A DNA stretch of 64,000 nucleotides from Candidatus Rokubacteria bacterium RIFCSPLOWO2_02_FULL_73_56 (GCA_001788495.1 MGCF01000111.1:9101-73100); one strand, 5' to 3'; positions 35,297 through 44,032 are shown, numbered from the stretch's first letter. Notes: generated by a model from the sequence alone, not told the origin. Numbers and translations: made by a program.

Positions 35297-36016
35297 ATGA
35301 GGCTCGCGTGGACTCTCACCCTGGCCGTGCCCGTCCTCTTCGCCGTCCCCGCCGCCGCGGAGCTGCCGGAGGGCGCCGAGGCCCTCCACGCGCGGCTCGC
35401 GTCGCGGCTCGCGCCCTCCGTGCGGAGCTGGGTGGGCGGCGAAGCGCGCACGCTCGCCCGCGCGGGAGGCGACGCCGGCGCGCTCCGCGCCGCGGCCCAG
35501 GCGCGCTTCGCCGGGCAGCTCGGCGCCGCCGGCGGCGCCGACATCGAGGCCCTCGCGTTCCTTGTGCTGATGCAGGCGACGCGGGACGCGGAAGCGGACC
35601 TCAAGGCGATCATGGCCCAGGTGAAGGCCGCCAACGCCGCCAAGCAGAAGCTGCGCGACCTCGCCGACAAGGTGCGGCGCGACGTCGCGCAGAACGCCGG
35701 CAAGCGCGACAACGCCCCGTGCCGGCCGCCTCAGTGCGGGGTGGGCCGTGCGGCGCTGGCCGAGGTGGCGGCGCCGCTTGCCGCGGCGCGCGCGCCCGCC
35801 GGCTTCGCCCAGCGGGAGGTCGCCACCCTCCGGGACCTGCGGGCGCTCCACGACGAGCTCAAGGGCAAGCTCGACTCGCTCAACCAGACGAGCGAGATGA
35901 CCTCGCTCCGGCTCCAGATGCTGATGGACCGGCGCTCCAAGTTCATCAGCACGCTCAGCAACATCATGAAGAAGCTCGCCACCACGCAGGACGCGATCGT
36001 CCAGAACCTCAAGTAG
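35297..36016 (+). CDS. Secreted alpha-helical hypothetical protein whose C-terminal helix resembles T3SS needle subunits
   Basis: Sec signal peptide MRLAWTLTLAVPVLFAVPAAAE and Ala-rich helical segments. The C-terminus LRLQMLMDRRSKFISTLSNIMKKLATTQDAIVQNLK aligns without gaps to the PrgI/MxiH tail pattern Q...SN..K.......AI(I/V)QN(F/L)(R/K). Confidence 0.6.
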   Translation: MRLAWTLTLAVPVLFAVPAAAELPEGAEALHARLASRLAPSVRSWVGGEARTLARAGGDAGALRAAAQARFAGQLGAAGGADIEALAFLVLMQATRDAEADLKAIMAQVKAANAAKQKLRDLADKVRRDVAQNAGKRDNAPCRPPQCGVGRAALAEVAAPLAAARAPAGFAQREVATLRDLRALHDELKGKLDSLNQTSEMTSLRLQMLMDRRSKFISTLSNIMKKLATTQDAIVQNLK

Positions 36017-36025
36017 CCGCGCGCG

Positions 36026-37682
36026 TCAGCCCTCGAGGATCGCCGCGATCAGGCCCTCGTAGTCGGGGTCGCCGAGCGGGTCCCAGCCCGGCAGCGCGAA
36101 GCGCCGGAGCACCAGGTCCGCCGCGGCGCCGAGCCAGGGGCACGTGCCGTCGTCCGCCTGGGCGTCGTCCAGCAGCAGCGCCACCTGGGTGAGGCGCGCC
36201 ATGCGCGTGACCAGGCCGCGCATGTGGAGCGCCGCGGCGTCGGGCCCGCGCCGGAGCAGGCCGGCGAGGCTCCCGCGCGCCGAGCAGCAGGTCCTGCGCG
36301 CGCGCGAGCAGCGGGTCGTGGAGCTTGGCGCGGAGCCCGTCGCGCAGGACCTGGGCGACGAGCGTGTTGTGCGGCCCCTCCCAGCTCTCCTGCACGGGCA
36401 CCTCGCGCCAGAGGCGCGGCAGCGGGCTGAAGTCCTCGATCGTGCCGTTGCCGCCCAGGATCTCGATCGCGTGGTGCACGACGAGCCCGGCGTCGGTCGA
36501 GCAGGTGAACTTGGCGAGGTTCACCGCGGTGCGGAACAGCGGGTCGTCCTCGGGAGGCGCGCCCGCGAGCAGGAGCCGGTCCTCCGCGGCGGCGGCGAAG
36601 AGCGTGAGGGCGAGGCCCGCCGCGCCCAGCGCGCGCATCTCGGCGAGCTGCGCGCGCACGGCGGGGAACTCGACGAGCCGCCGGCCGAAGGCCTCGCGCA
36701 GCCGCGCGTAGTGCCACGCCTCGACCCACGCGCGCCGCATCATCGCGCTCGTGCCGATCGCGACGTGCAGGCGCGAGGTGTTGATGACGATGCCGATCAG
36801 GAGCCGGAAGCCCTCGTCGAGCTCGCCGAGCTGCCAGGCGAGCGCGTCGGCGAAGTCGAGCTCGGCCGTCGGCAGCGTGCGGGTGCCGAGCTTGTTCTTG
36901 AGCCGGCGGATCAGGACGCCGTTCGACCGGCCGTCCTCGAGCCGGCGCGGGACCACGAAGAGCGCGACGCCGGCGGTGCCGTCGCGCGCGCCCTCGGGGC
37001 GGGCGCTCACCGCGTAGAGGTCGGCGGCGACGTTCGAGCAGAACCACTTCTCGCCGCTGAGCCGCCACAGGCCGGGCCGGCCGGCCACGGGGCGCGCCAC
37101 GCACGCATTGGCGCCGACGTCCGAGCCCCCCTGGATCTCGGTGACGAACTGGGCGCCGTGCCAGCGGCGGTCGTAGTCGGCGTCGAGGAGGCGCGGCAGC
37201 CACTCGCGCCGCATGAAGTCCGAGCCGGCGCGCTGGATGGCCTTGACGAGGCCCGCGGTGCAGGCGACCGAGCAGAGGTGGGGCGCCTCGCCGTTGAGCC
37301 CGAACAGGTACGTGAGCGCGGCGTGCACGCTCACGCTCCCCGGCTCGCCGAGCGCCGCGAGGATGCCCGAGCGCCAGACCAGCCGGCCGACCTCGTGGTG
37401 GACGGGGTGGACGACGACCTCGTCGGTCCGCTCCCCGACGCGGCTCCAGGGCTCGACGCGGGGCAGGTGCTCGGGGCGGTCGAGCGTGAACGCCGCGCGG
37501 CTCACCGGCCCCGCCGAGTCGGCGCCCGCCTGGCGGAGCGAGGGCAGCGCGCGCGCCAGCCGGTCGCCCGCGACGTGGCGGGCGAGGAGGCGCTGCAGGT
37601 AGCGGTCGTCGTCGTAGAAGTTGGCGGGCTTCGCCGCCTCCCACGCACCGAGGAGCGAGCGTCCGTGCTCATGGCGTTCCAT
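36026..37682 (-). pseudogene. AidB-like acyl-CoA dehydrogenase interrupted by a frameshift (or an assembly indel)
   Basis: GGAGGG RBS, then MERHEHG at 37682. The ACAD/AidB pattern is clear (FVTEIQGGSDVG, WRLSGEKWFCSN, FGRRLVEFPAVR, ILGGNGTIEDFSPLPRLWREVPVQESWEGPHN). Homology continues to about ...LLARAQDLLLGA and then switches frame. The true-looking C-terminus (GLLRRGPDAAALHMRGLVTRMARLTQVALLLDDA...YEGLIAAILEG) is the separate track ORF 36026-36223. The shift lies somewhere around 36225-36300, most likely 36255-36290. Confidence 0.7.
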
Positions 37683-37752
37683 GGCGGTCCCTCCGCGGCG
37701 ATAATAGCGTGTCGCCCGACCGGCCGCCCGGGGCGAACGGAGGAAGGGACTG

Positions 37753-38457
37753 GTGCAAACGGCGCTCGCGATCCGCCACGTCGCATTCGAGGACCTCGGC
37801 ACGCTCGGCGAGGTGCTCGCGCGCCGGGGCGTGGCGGTCGCGTACGCCGAGGCGCCGCTCGACGACCTCGCGGCGCTCGATCCGCTCGCCCCCGACCTGC
37901 TCGTGGTCCTCGGGGGGCCGATCGGCGCCTACGAGGAGGAGGCGTATCCCGTCGTCCGCGACGAGCTGCGCCTGCTCGACAAGCGCCTGGCCGCGGGTCG
38001 ACCGACGCTCGGGATCTGCCTGGGGAGCCAGCTGATGGCCCGGGCCCTCGGCGCGCGCGTCCACCCCGGCGCGCGCAAGGAGATCGGCTGGGCGCCCCTC
38101 GAGCTGACCGCGGCCGGGGCGCGCTCCTGCCTCGCCGAGCTCGGCGGGGCGCCGGTCCTCCACTGGCACGGCGACACGTTCGAGCTGCCGGACGGCGCCG
38201 TGCGCCTGGCCTCGACCGCGCCGTGCGCCAACCAGGCGTTCGCCTGGGGCCGGTGCGCGCTCGGGCTGCAGTTCCACGTGGAGGTGACGGCGCGGGGGCT
38301 CGAGCGCTGGCTGGTCGGCCACGCGTGCGAGATCGCGGCGACGCCCGGCGTGACGGTCGCCGGGCTGCGGGCCGACACGGCGCGCTGGGGCCCCGCGCTC
38401 GAGCAGGCCGGGCACCGGGTCCTCGCGCGCTGGCTCGACGAGGCGGAGGCCGCGTGA
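37753..38457 (+). CDS. Class-I glutamine amidotransferase domain protein
   Basis: GTG start. Nucleophile elbow GICLGSQLM, and a His/Glu pair in LQFHVE. Confidence 0.8.
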   Translation: MQTALAIRHVAFEDLGTLGEVLARRGVAVAYAEAPLDDLAALDPLAPDLLVVLGGPIGAYEEEAYPVVRDELRLLDKRLAAGRPTLGICLGSQLMARALGARVHPGARKEIGWAPLELTAAGARSCLAELGGAPVLHWHGDTFELPDGAVRLASTAPCANQAFAWGRCALGLQFHVEVTARGLERWLVGHACEIAATPGVTVAGLRADTARWGPALEQAGHRVLARWLDEAEAA

Positions 38458-38458
38458 C

Positions 38459-39979
38459 GTGGGCGCCTTCAACCTCGCCGCCGTGCTCGCGCACCACGCC
38501 GATCGCTTCCCCGACCGCGCGTGCCTGGTCTGGGGCGACGCGACGCTCACGTACGCGGACCTCGCGGCGCGCGCGGGGCGGACCGCCACCGGGCTCGCGC
38601 GCCTGGGCCTCGGGCGCGGCGACGTCGTCGCGGTCCTCCTCTACAACTGCCCGGAGTTCCTCGAGGCGATGTTCGCGGTCGCCCGGCTGGGCGCCGTGTT
38701 CATGCCGATCAACTGGCGCCTGGCCGGCGAGGAGATCGCCTACGTCGTCGGCCACGCGGGCGCCCGCCTGGTGATCACCGAGCCGGAGCTGGCGGCCCGC
38801 GCCGCGCCCGCGCGCCCGCTGGTGCCCGCCGCGGGCTGGGTCACGGTCGGCGGCGCGCCGGCGGGCTTCGCGCCCTTCGAGGCGCTGCGCGACGCCGGCC
38901 CGGCGCCGCCGCTCGCGGACGTCGCGCCGGACGACGTCCACCGGCTCATGTACACGTCGGGGACCACCGGGCGGCCGAAGGGCGTGATGATCACGTACGC
39001 GAACCTCTACTGGAAGAACCTCGCGCACGTGATCGAGTTCTCGGTGACCGGGGCGGACCGCGGGCTCGCGTGCGGGCCGCTCTATCACGTCGGGGCGCTC
39101 GATCTCACGACGACCACCGTGCTCCACGCGGGCGGCACGGTCGAGGTCCACCGGACGTTCGAGGCCGCCGCGGTGCTCGACGCCTTCGAGCGCCACGGCG
39201 TGACCAGCGCGTGGCTCGCGCCGTCGATGGTGAACCAGCTCCTCGCGCACCCGACGCTCGAGCGGCGGGACCTGTCGCGCGTGCGCCTCTTGATCGACGG
39301 CGGGGAGAAGATGCCGGTGCCGCTCATCGAGCGGCTGCTGGGCGCGTTCCCGAACGCGTGGTTCGCCGACGCCTACGGCCTCACCGAGACGGTCTCGGGT
39401 GACACCTTCCTCGACAAGCGCGCGACGCTCGCCAAGCTCGGCTCGGTGGGCAAGCCCTGCCTCCACCTCGACGTCGCGATCTGGGACGACGCCGACCGGC
39501 CCGTCGCGCCGGGGGCGCTCGGCGAGATCGTGCTGCGCGGCCCGAAGGTCTTCAAGGGCTACTGGCGGGACCCCGAGGCGACGGCGGCGGCGTTCCGGGG
39601 CGGATGGTTCCACACCGGGGACATCGGCGTCCTCGACGCCGACGGCTTCCTCTACATCGTGGACCGCAAGAAGGACATGATCGTCTCGGGCGGCGAGAAC
39701 ATCGCCTCGCCGGAGGTCGAGCGCGTCCTCTACGAGCACCCCGCGGTCCTCGAGGCCGCGGTCGTGGGTTGCCCCGATGCGCGCTGGGGCGAGGTGCCGG
39801 TGGCCTTCGTCGTCCTCCGCGAGGGGGCGCGCGCCGCGGCCACGGAGCTGGAGGCGCACTGCCGGGCGCGGCTCGCGAGGTTCAAGGTGCCGCGCGCCGT
39901 CCACTTCGTCGAGGCGCTCCCGCGCAACCCGTCGGGCAAGGTGCTCAAGCGCGTGCTGCGCGGCCGCCTGGAGGCCTGA
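38459..39979 (+). CDS. AMP-dependent acyl-CoA synthetase (fatty-acid-CoA ligase-like)
   Basis: MYTSGTTGRPKGV, AYGLTE, WFHTGDIG, DRKKDMI and PSGKVLK. GTG start 1 nt after the GATase stop. Confidence 0.9.
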   Translation: MGAFNLAAVLAHHADRFPDRACLVWGDATLTYADLAARAGRTATGLARLGLGRGDVVAVLLYNCPEFLEAMFAVARLGAVFMPINWRLAGEEIAYVVGHAGARLVITEPELAARAAPARPLVPAAGWVTVGGAPAGFAPFEALRDAGPAPPLADVAPDDVHRLMYTSGTTGRPKGVMITYANLYWKNLAHVIEFSVTGADRGLACGPLYHVGALDLTTTTVLHAGGTVEVHRTFEAAAVLDAFERHGVTSAWLAPSMVNQLLAHPTLERRDLSRVRLLIDGGEKMPVPLIERLLGAFPNAWFADAYGLTETVSGDTFLDKRATLAKLGSVGKPCLHLDVAIWDDADRPVAPGALGEIVLRGPKVFKGYWRDPEATAAAFRGGWFHTGDIGVLDADGFLYIVDRKKDMIVSGGENIASPEVERVLYEHPAVLEAAVVGCPDARWGEVPVAFVVLREGARAAATELEAHCRARLARFKVPRAVHFVEALPRNPSGKVLKRVLRGRLEA

Positions 39980-39981
39980 GG

Positions 39982-41133
39982 GTGCGGCGGGCGCGGCTCA
40001 CGGGTGTGGCCGCCACGGCGTTCGGCGCGCTGCCGGGCTCGAGCGCGCTCGGGCTCCACGCCGAGGCGGCCCACGCGGCGCTCGCCGACGCCGGACTCGG
40101 GCCGCGCGACGTGGACGGGCTCCTCTGCGCCTACTCGCTGGTGGAGCCCCACATGATGCTCAGCTCGGTCGTCGCCGAGTACCTCGGCGTGCGCCCCGCC
40201 TACACGACCGCGCTGCAGCTCGGCGGCGCCACCGGCTGCGCCGCGGTCATGCACGCGGCGATGCTCATCGAGGCGGGGCGCTGCCGCCACGTGCTCGTGG
40301 TCATGGGCGACAACCGGCTGACCGGCATGTCGCGCGACGACACGGTCGCGCTGCTCTCGGCGGTCGGTCACGCGCAGTTCGAGGTGCCGTACGGGCCGAC
40401 GATCCCCGCGCTCTACGCGCTCGTCGCCAACCGCTACATGCACGAGCACGGCGCCACGCCCGAGCACCTGGCCCACATCGCGGTCACGATGCGACGGCAC
40501 GCCGGGCTCCACCCGGGCGCCCACATGCGCGCGCCGGTCAGCGTGGCCGACGTGCTCGCCTCGCGGCTCATCGCGGCGCCGCTGCACCTGCTCGACTGCT
40601 GTCTCGTCTCCGACGGCGCGTGCGCGGTCGTGGTGAGCGCCGCCGACGCCGCGCGCGACACGCGGCCGCCCGGCGTGGCGCTGATCGGCAGCGGCCAGGG
40701 CCACACCCACGAGCACCTGAGCCAGGCGCCGAGCCTCACGGACTTCGGCTGCCACGACGCGGCCGGCCGGGCGCTCGGCGAGGCGGGGGTGCGCCCGGCC
40801 GACGTGGACGTGGCCGAGATCTACGACTCGTTCACGATCACGCTCCTGGTCGAGCTCGAGTCCATGGGCTTCTTCGAGCGCGGCGCGGCGGGTCCCGCCG
40901 CGGCCGCGGGCGCCCTCGCGCTGGGCGGCAGCCTGCCGACGAACACCCACGGCGGCCTCCTGTCCTTCGGCCACTCGGGCGCCGCCGGCGGGCTCGCCCA
41001 CGTCGTCGAGGGCGTGCGCCAGCTGCGGGGCGAGGGCGGGCCCCGCCAGGTCCCGGAGGCGCGGCTGGCCTTCGTCCACGGCGACGGCGGGATCCTCTCC
41101 GCCCACTGCTCGCTGGTCCTGGCCCGCACGTGA
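39982..41133 (+). CDS. Thiolase-like (SCP-x / lipid-transfer-type) protein
   Basis: GTG start at 39982. Thiolase-fold pattern: LQLGGATGCAAVMHA, EIYDSFTI, NTHGGLLSFGH. It is paired with a DUF35 gene, as is typical for this subfamily. Confidence 0.8.
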   Translation: MRRARLTGVAATAFGALPGSSALGLHAEAAHAALADAGLGPRDVDGLLCAYSLVEPHMMLSSVVAEYLGVRPAYTTALQLGGATGCAAVMHAAMLIEAGRCRHVLVVMGDNRLTGMSRDDTVALLSAVGHAQFEVPYGPTIPALYALVANRYMHEHGATPEHLAHIAVTMRRHAGLHPGAHMRAPVSVADVLASRLIAAPLHLLDCCLVSDGACAVVVSAADAARDTRPPGVALIGSGQGHTHEHLSQAPSLTDFGCHDAAGRALGEAGVRPADVDVAEIYDSFTITLLVELESMGFFERGAAGPAAAAGALALGGSLPTNTHGGLLSFGHSGAAGGLAHVVEGVRQLRGEGGPRQVPEARLAFVHGDGGILSAHCSLVLART

Positions 41134-41143
41134 GGAAATACCG

Positions 41144-41551
41144 ATGAGCGCCAAGCCCTTGCCACGGATCACCGCCGAGACGCGGCCGTACTGGGAGGCG
41201 TGCGCGGCGGGCGAGCTCCGCTACCAGTGGTGCCCCGCGTGCCGCCAGCCGCAGTTCTACCCGCGGGTGGCCTGCGCGCGCTGCGGCGGGCGGGCGCTCG
41301 ACTGGCGTCGCTCGGCCGGGCGTGGCGTCGTGCACGCCGTCACCGTCGTCCACCGCGCCCCGTCGGCCGCCTTCAAGGCCGACGTGCCCTACGCGATCGC
41401 GCTGGTGGACCTCGACGAGGGCTTCCGGATGCTGGCCAACGTGGTGGGCACGGCCCCGGAGACGGTCCGGATCGGCGACCGGGTGCGCCTGGTCTTCGAG
41501 CCTCGCGGCGAGGTCGCGCTACCCCAGTTCACGCCCGCGGCGCGGGCGTGA
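41144..41551 (+). CDS. DUF35 OB-fold / zinc-ribbon protein (thiolase partner subunit)
   Basis: TRPYWEA, then the rubredoxin-like CPACRQPQFYPRVACARC, followed by an OB-fold segment (VVHAVTVVHR...YAIALVDLDEG). Confidence 0.9.
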   Translation: MSAKPLPRITAETRPYWEACAAGELRYQWCPACRQPQFYPRVACARCGGRALDWRRSAGRGVVHAVTVVHRAPSAAFKADVPYAIALVDLDEGFRMLANVVGTAPETVRIGDRVRLVFEPRGEVALPQFTPAARA

Positions 41552-41576
41552 GCGCGCCGGCGCGCCTCGCTTCCTC

Positions 41577-41818
41577 GTGTTCCGTCCACGAACTCATGTT
41601 GCGCGCCGTGGCACGTGGAGTCCGGGCCGCCAGGCGCGGGCGGTAGGGGTCGACGGGACCACGCGGCACGCGTCCGCTTGACCCGTTGCGGCTGGGCTCC
41701 ATCCGGGCGCTTGAGGCCCGCCGTCCACGTGGCGGGAACGGGTCCCGTCGACCCCTACCGCCCGCGCCTGGCGGCTCGTCGCGCGGCGACCGTGAACACG
41801 AGTTCGTGGACGGAACAC
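41577..41818. repeat. 242-bp composite long inverted repeat (MITE/REP-like or giant hairpin) that fills the convergent intergenic gap
   Basis: The outer arms 41577-41595 (gtgttccgtccacgaactc) and 41800-41818 are perfect reverse complements. The adjoining tgtt also matches after one A/G mismatch. The inner arms 41626-41660 (gccgccaggcgcgggcggtaggggtcgacgggacc) and 41741-41775 are perfect 35-nt reverse complements. The segments between the blocks and the 80-nt centre are diverged. Confidence 0.85.
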
Positions 41819-42219
41819 TAGCGCCCGGGGGCGGCGCGCAGGCGGCGGATCAGCTCGCGGTCGGCGGGCGGGAACTCGAACTCCTGGAGCCGCTCGGGCG
41901 CGACCCACGCCATGGACTGGCCCTCGCGCGGCGCGATCTCCCCCGAGACGTGGCGGCAGCGGTAGAAGTGGAGGACCACGACGCGGTCGGGGTACTCCCA
42001 GCGCACGGTCTCCGCCCGCTCGCCGACGCTGAACGTCGCCGACAGCTCCTCGGTCAGCTCGCGCGCGAGCGCGGCCTCGTGCGACTCGCCGGCCTCGCGC
42101 TTGCCGCCGGGGAACTCCCAGAGCCCTTCCAGGTGCGAGCCGCGGCGCCGCTGCGTGATCAGGTAGCGGCCCGCGTCGTCCTGGATGAGCGCCGCGGTGA
42201 CCTCGATGACGAGCGGCAT
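41818..42219 (-). CDS. NUDIX hydrolase (MutT-like)
   Basis: A complete Nudix box is present: GGKREAGESHEAALARELTEELS. ATG at 42219, 2 nt after the upstream glycosylase stop. Confidence 0.85.
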   Translation of the reverse strand: MPLVIEVTAALIQDDAGRYLITQRRRGSHLEGLWEFPGGKREAGESHEAALARELTEELSATFSVGERAETVRWEYPDRVVVLHFYRCRHVSGEIAPREGQSMAWVAPERLQEFEFPPADRELIRRLRAAPGR

Positions 42220-42221
42220 CG

Positions 42222-42914
42222 CTAGGGCGCCCGCCGCGCGCCGTTCGCCGCGGGCGCGGGGAACGGATAGCTCCGGCAGTCGGGCTTCATCACGCAGTCG
42301 CCGCAGCGCGGCCGGCGCGGCGTGCACCAGGTGGCGCCGAAGTCCATCAGCGCCTGGTTGAAGTCGTAGGCGCGCCCGCGGGGCACGAGCGCCCCGGCGA
42401 GGTCCCACCACGCCTTCTCGCCGCGCACGCGCGCGAGGCGGCGGGGCCCGAGGAAGACGCGGCCGAGCACGCGGCGCACGTTCGTGTCGAGCACCGCGGC
42501 GTCGTGGCCGTACGCGAACGCGCGGATCGCCCCGGCGGTGTAGCGGCCGACCCCGGGCAGGCGCCGGAGCGCCCGCTCGTCCTCGGGCAGGCGGCCGCGG
42601 TAGCGCGCGAGCGTCTCACGCGCGATCGCGTGCAGGCGCAGCGGGCGGACGTTGTAGCCGAGCGGATACCAGAGGCGGCGCACCTCGCCCACGTCCGCGG
42701 CGGCGAGGCGGCGCACCGTCGGGTAGCGGCGGAGGAACTCGCGGTACTTCGGCACCACCCGGTCCACCTGCGTCTGCTGGAGCATGACCTCGGAGACGAG
42801 GATCCGGTAGGCGTCGCGCGTGCGCCGCCAGGGCAGGTCGCGGCCGTGCCGCCTGTACCAGGCCAGGAGCCGCTGCTGGAACCGGCGGACGGCGCGCGCG
42901 GCGGGCCAGCGCAT
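42222..42914 (-). CDS. HhH-GPD DNA glycosylase with a [4Fe-4S] loop (MutY/EndoIII family), catalytic domain only
   Basis: MutY-like N-terminus (LLAWYRRHGRDLPWRRTRDAYRILVSEVMLQQTQV), HhH-GPD (LPGVGRYTAGAI...DTNVRRV), and a Cys cluster (CTPRRPRCGDCVMKPDC). At 230 aa it lacks the MutY C-terminal domain. Confidence 0.8.
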   Translation of the reverse strand: MRWPAARAVRRFQQRLLAWYRRHGRDLPWRRTRDAYRILVSEVMLQQTQVDRVVPKYREFLRRYPTVRRLAAADVGEVRRLWYPLGYNVRPLRLHAIARETLARYRGRLPEDERALRRLPGVGRYTAGAIRAFAYGHDAAVLDTNVRRVLGRVFLGPRRLARVRGEKAWWDLAGALVPRGRAYDFNQALMDFGATWCTPRRPRCGDCVMKPDCRSYPFPAPAANGARRAP

Positions 42915-42976
42915 GTTGGCGCGCAGTCTAGCACGGGGCGGCGGCGCCCCGGCGCGCCCCAGCCGCCGGGCATCCT

Positions 42977-43005
42977 GCGACAGATCCTCGGGGCGGGTTT
43001 AGAAT
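42977..43005 (+). promoter_or_regulatory. Candidate sigma70-type promoter that would give a leaderless or near-leaderless ygfZ-like transcript
   Basis: GCGACA (42977-42982), a 17-nt spacer, then TAGAAT (43000-43005). The ATG at 43012 is only 6 nt past the -10 element and no RBS is visible. Confidence 0.3.
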
Positions 43006-43011
43006 GACCGC

Positions 43012-44019
43012 ATGCCGGCGGACTTCCCGAACGACTACGGCGACGCCGCGGCGGAGTACGCGGCCGTCCGCACGCACGCGGGGCTCGTGGACCGCGGCGA
43101 CTGGGGCGTCGTCGAGCTGACGGGCCGCGACCGCGTCGGCTTCCTGCACGCGCTCCTGTCCAACGACGTGAAGTCGCTCGCGCCGGGGCAGGGGTGCGCG
43201 GCGACCCTGCTCGACGTGCACGGCAAGGTCCAGGTGCTGCTCGACATCCTCGTGCTCGAGGACCGCCTGCTGCTCCTGCTCCCGCCGGGGACGGCGCACA
43301 AGACGCTCGAGGCCCTCGACCACTACCTCTTCTCCGAGAAGGTCGCGCTCACCGACGTCTCCGCCGGGACGCGGCTCTGGCTCGTCGCGGGGCCCGAGGC
43401 GCCCGCCCTCGTCGAGCGCGTCGCCGGTGCGCGGCCGTCCGACGCCGCGTGGGCGCACGTGGCCGGTGCCCTCGACGGCGTCGCGCTCAGGCTCGTGCGC
43501 GGGGCGCGTGAGACGGGCGAGGCCGAGGTGTGGGTGCTGGCGCCGGCCGCGGAGGCCGGGCGCGCGCGCGAGGCGCTCGTCGCCGCGGGCGCGCGTCCGG
43601 TGGGCGCGACCGCGCTCGAGTCGCTCCGCATCGAGGCCGGCACGCCCGTGCTCGGCCGCGACGTGGACGACACCGTCCTGCTCCCCGAGATCCCCTCGGC
43701 CGGCCTCGTCTCGCACACGAAGGGCTGCTACCCGGGCCAGGAGGTGGTCGTCCGCATCCGCGACCGCGGTCACGTGAACCGCCTGCTGACGGGCCTCGTG
43801 CTCGACGGCGACGCGGTGCCGGAGCCCGGCGCCGAGCTGCTCGCCGAGGGCGCCGCCGCCGGGCGCGTCACGAGCGCGACGCGCTCGCTCGGCCTCGGGC
43901 GGCCGATCGCGCTCGCCTTCGTGCGCCGCGAGCACGCCGAGCCGGGGACCGCGGTCGGCGTGCGCGTCGGCGCGGCCACCGTTCCCGCGCGGGTCGCCGC
44001 GCTGCCCTTCACCCGGTAG
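43012..44019 (+). CDS. YgfZ/GcvT-family folate-binding protein
   Basis: [29 protein letters not shown], plus the family signature [10 protein letters not shown]. Confidence 0.85.
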   Translation: MPADFPNDYGDAAAEYAAVRTHAGLVDRGDWGVVELTGRDRVGFLHALLSNDVKSLAPGQGCAATLLDVHGKVQVLLDILVLEDRLLLLLPPGTAHKTLEALDHYLFSEKVALTDVSAGTRLWLVAGPEAPALVERVAGARPSDAAWAHVAGALDGVALRLVRGARETGEAEVWVLAPAAEAGRAREALVAAGARPVGATALESLRIEAGTPVLGRDVDDTVLLPEIPSAGLVSHTKGCYPGQEVVVRIRDRGHVNRLLTGLVLDGDAVPEPGAELLAEGAAAGRVTSATRSLGLGRPIALAFVRREHAEPGTAVGVRVGAATVPARVAALPFTR

Positions 44020-44032
44020 GCGCGGAGGTCGC

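Noticed and set aside
35297-36016. The possibility that the needle-like protein marks a type III secretion locus.
   Set aside because: No secretin, export-gate, ATPase or other T3SS or flagellar genes are present anywhere in the window, and the protein has a Sec signal peptide. Only the motif resemblance is reported.
36026-36223. A 65-aa ORF that might be an independent small gene.
   Set aside because: Its sequence reads as the missing C-terminal helices of the AidB-like dehydrogenase immediately upstream. I interpret it as the 3' part of a frameshifted gene.
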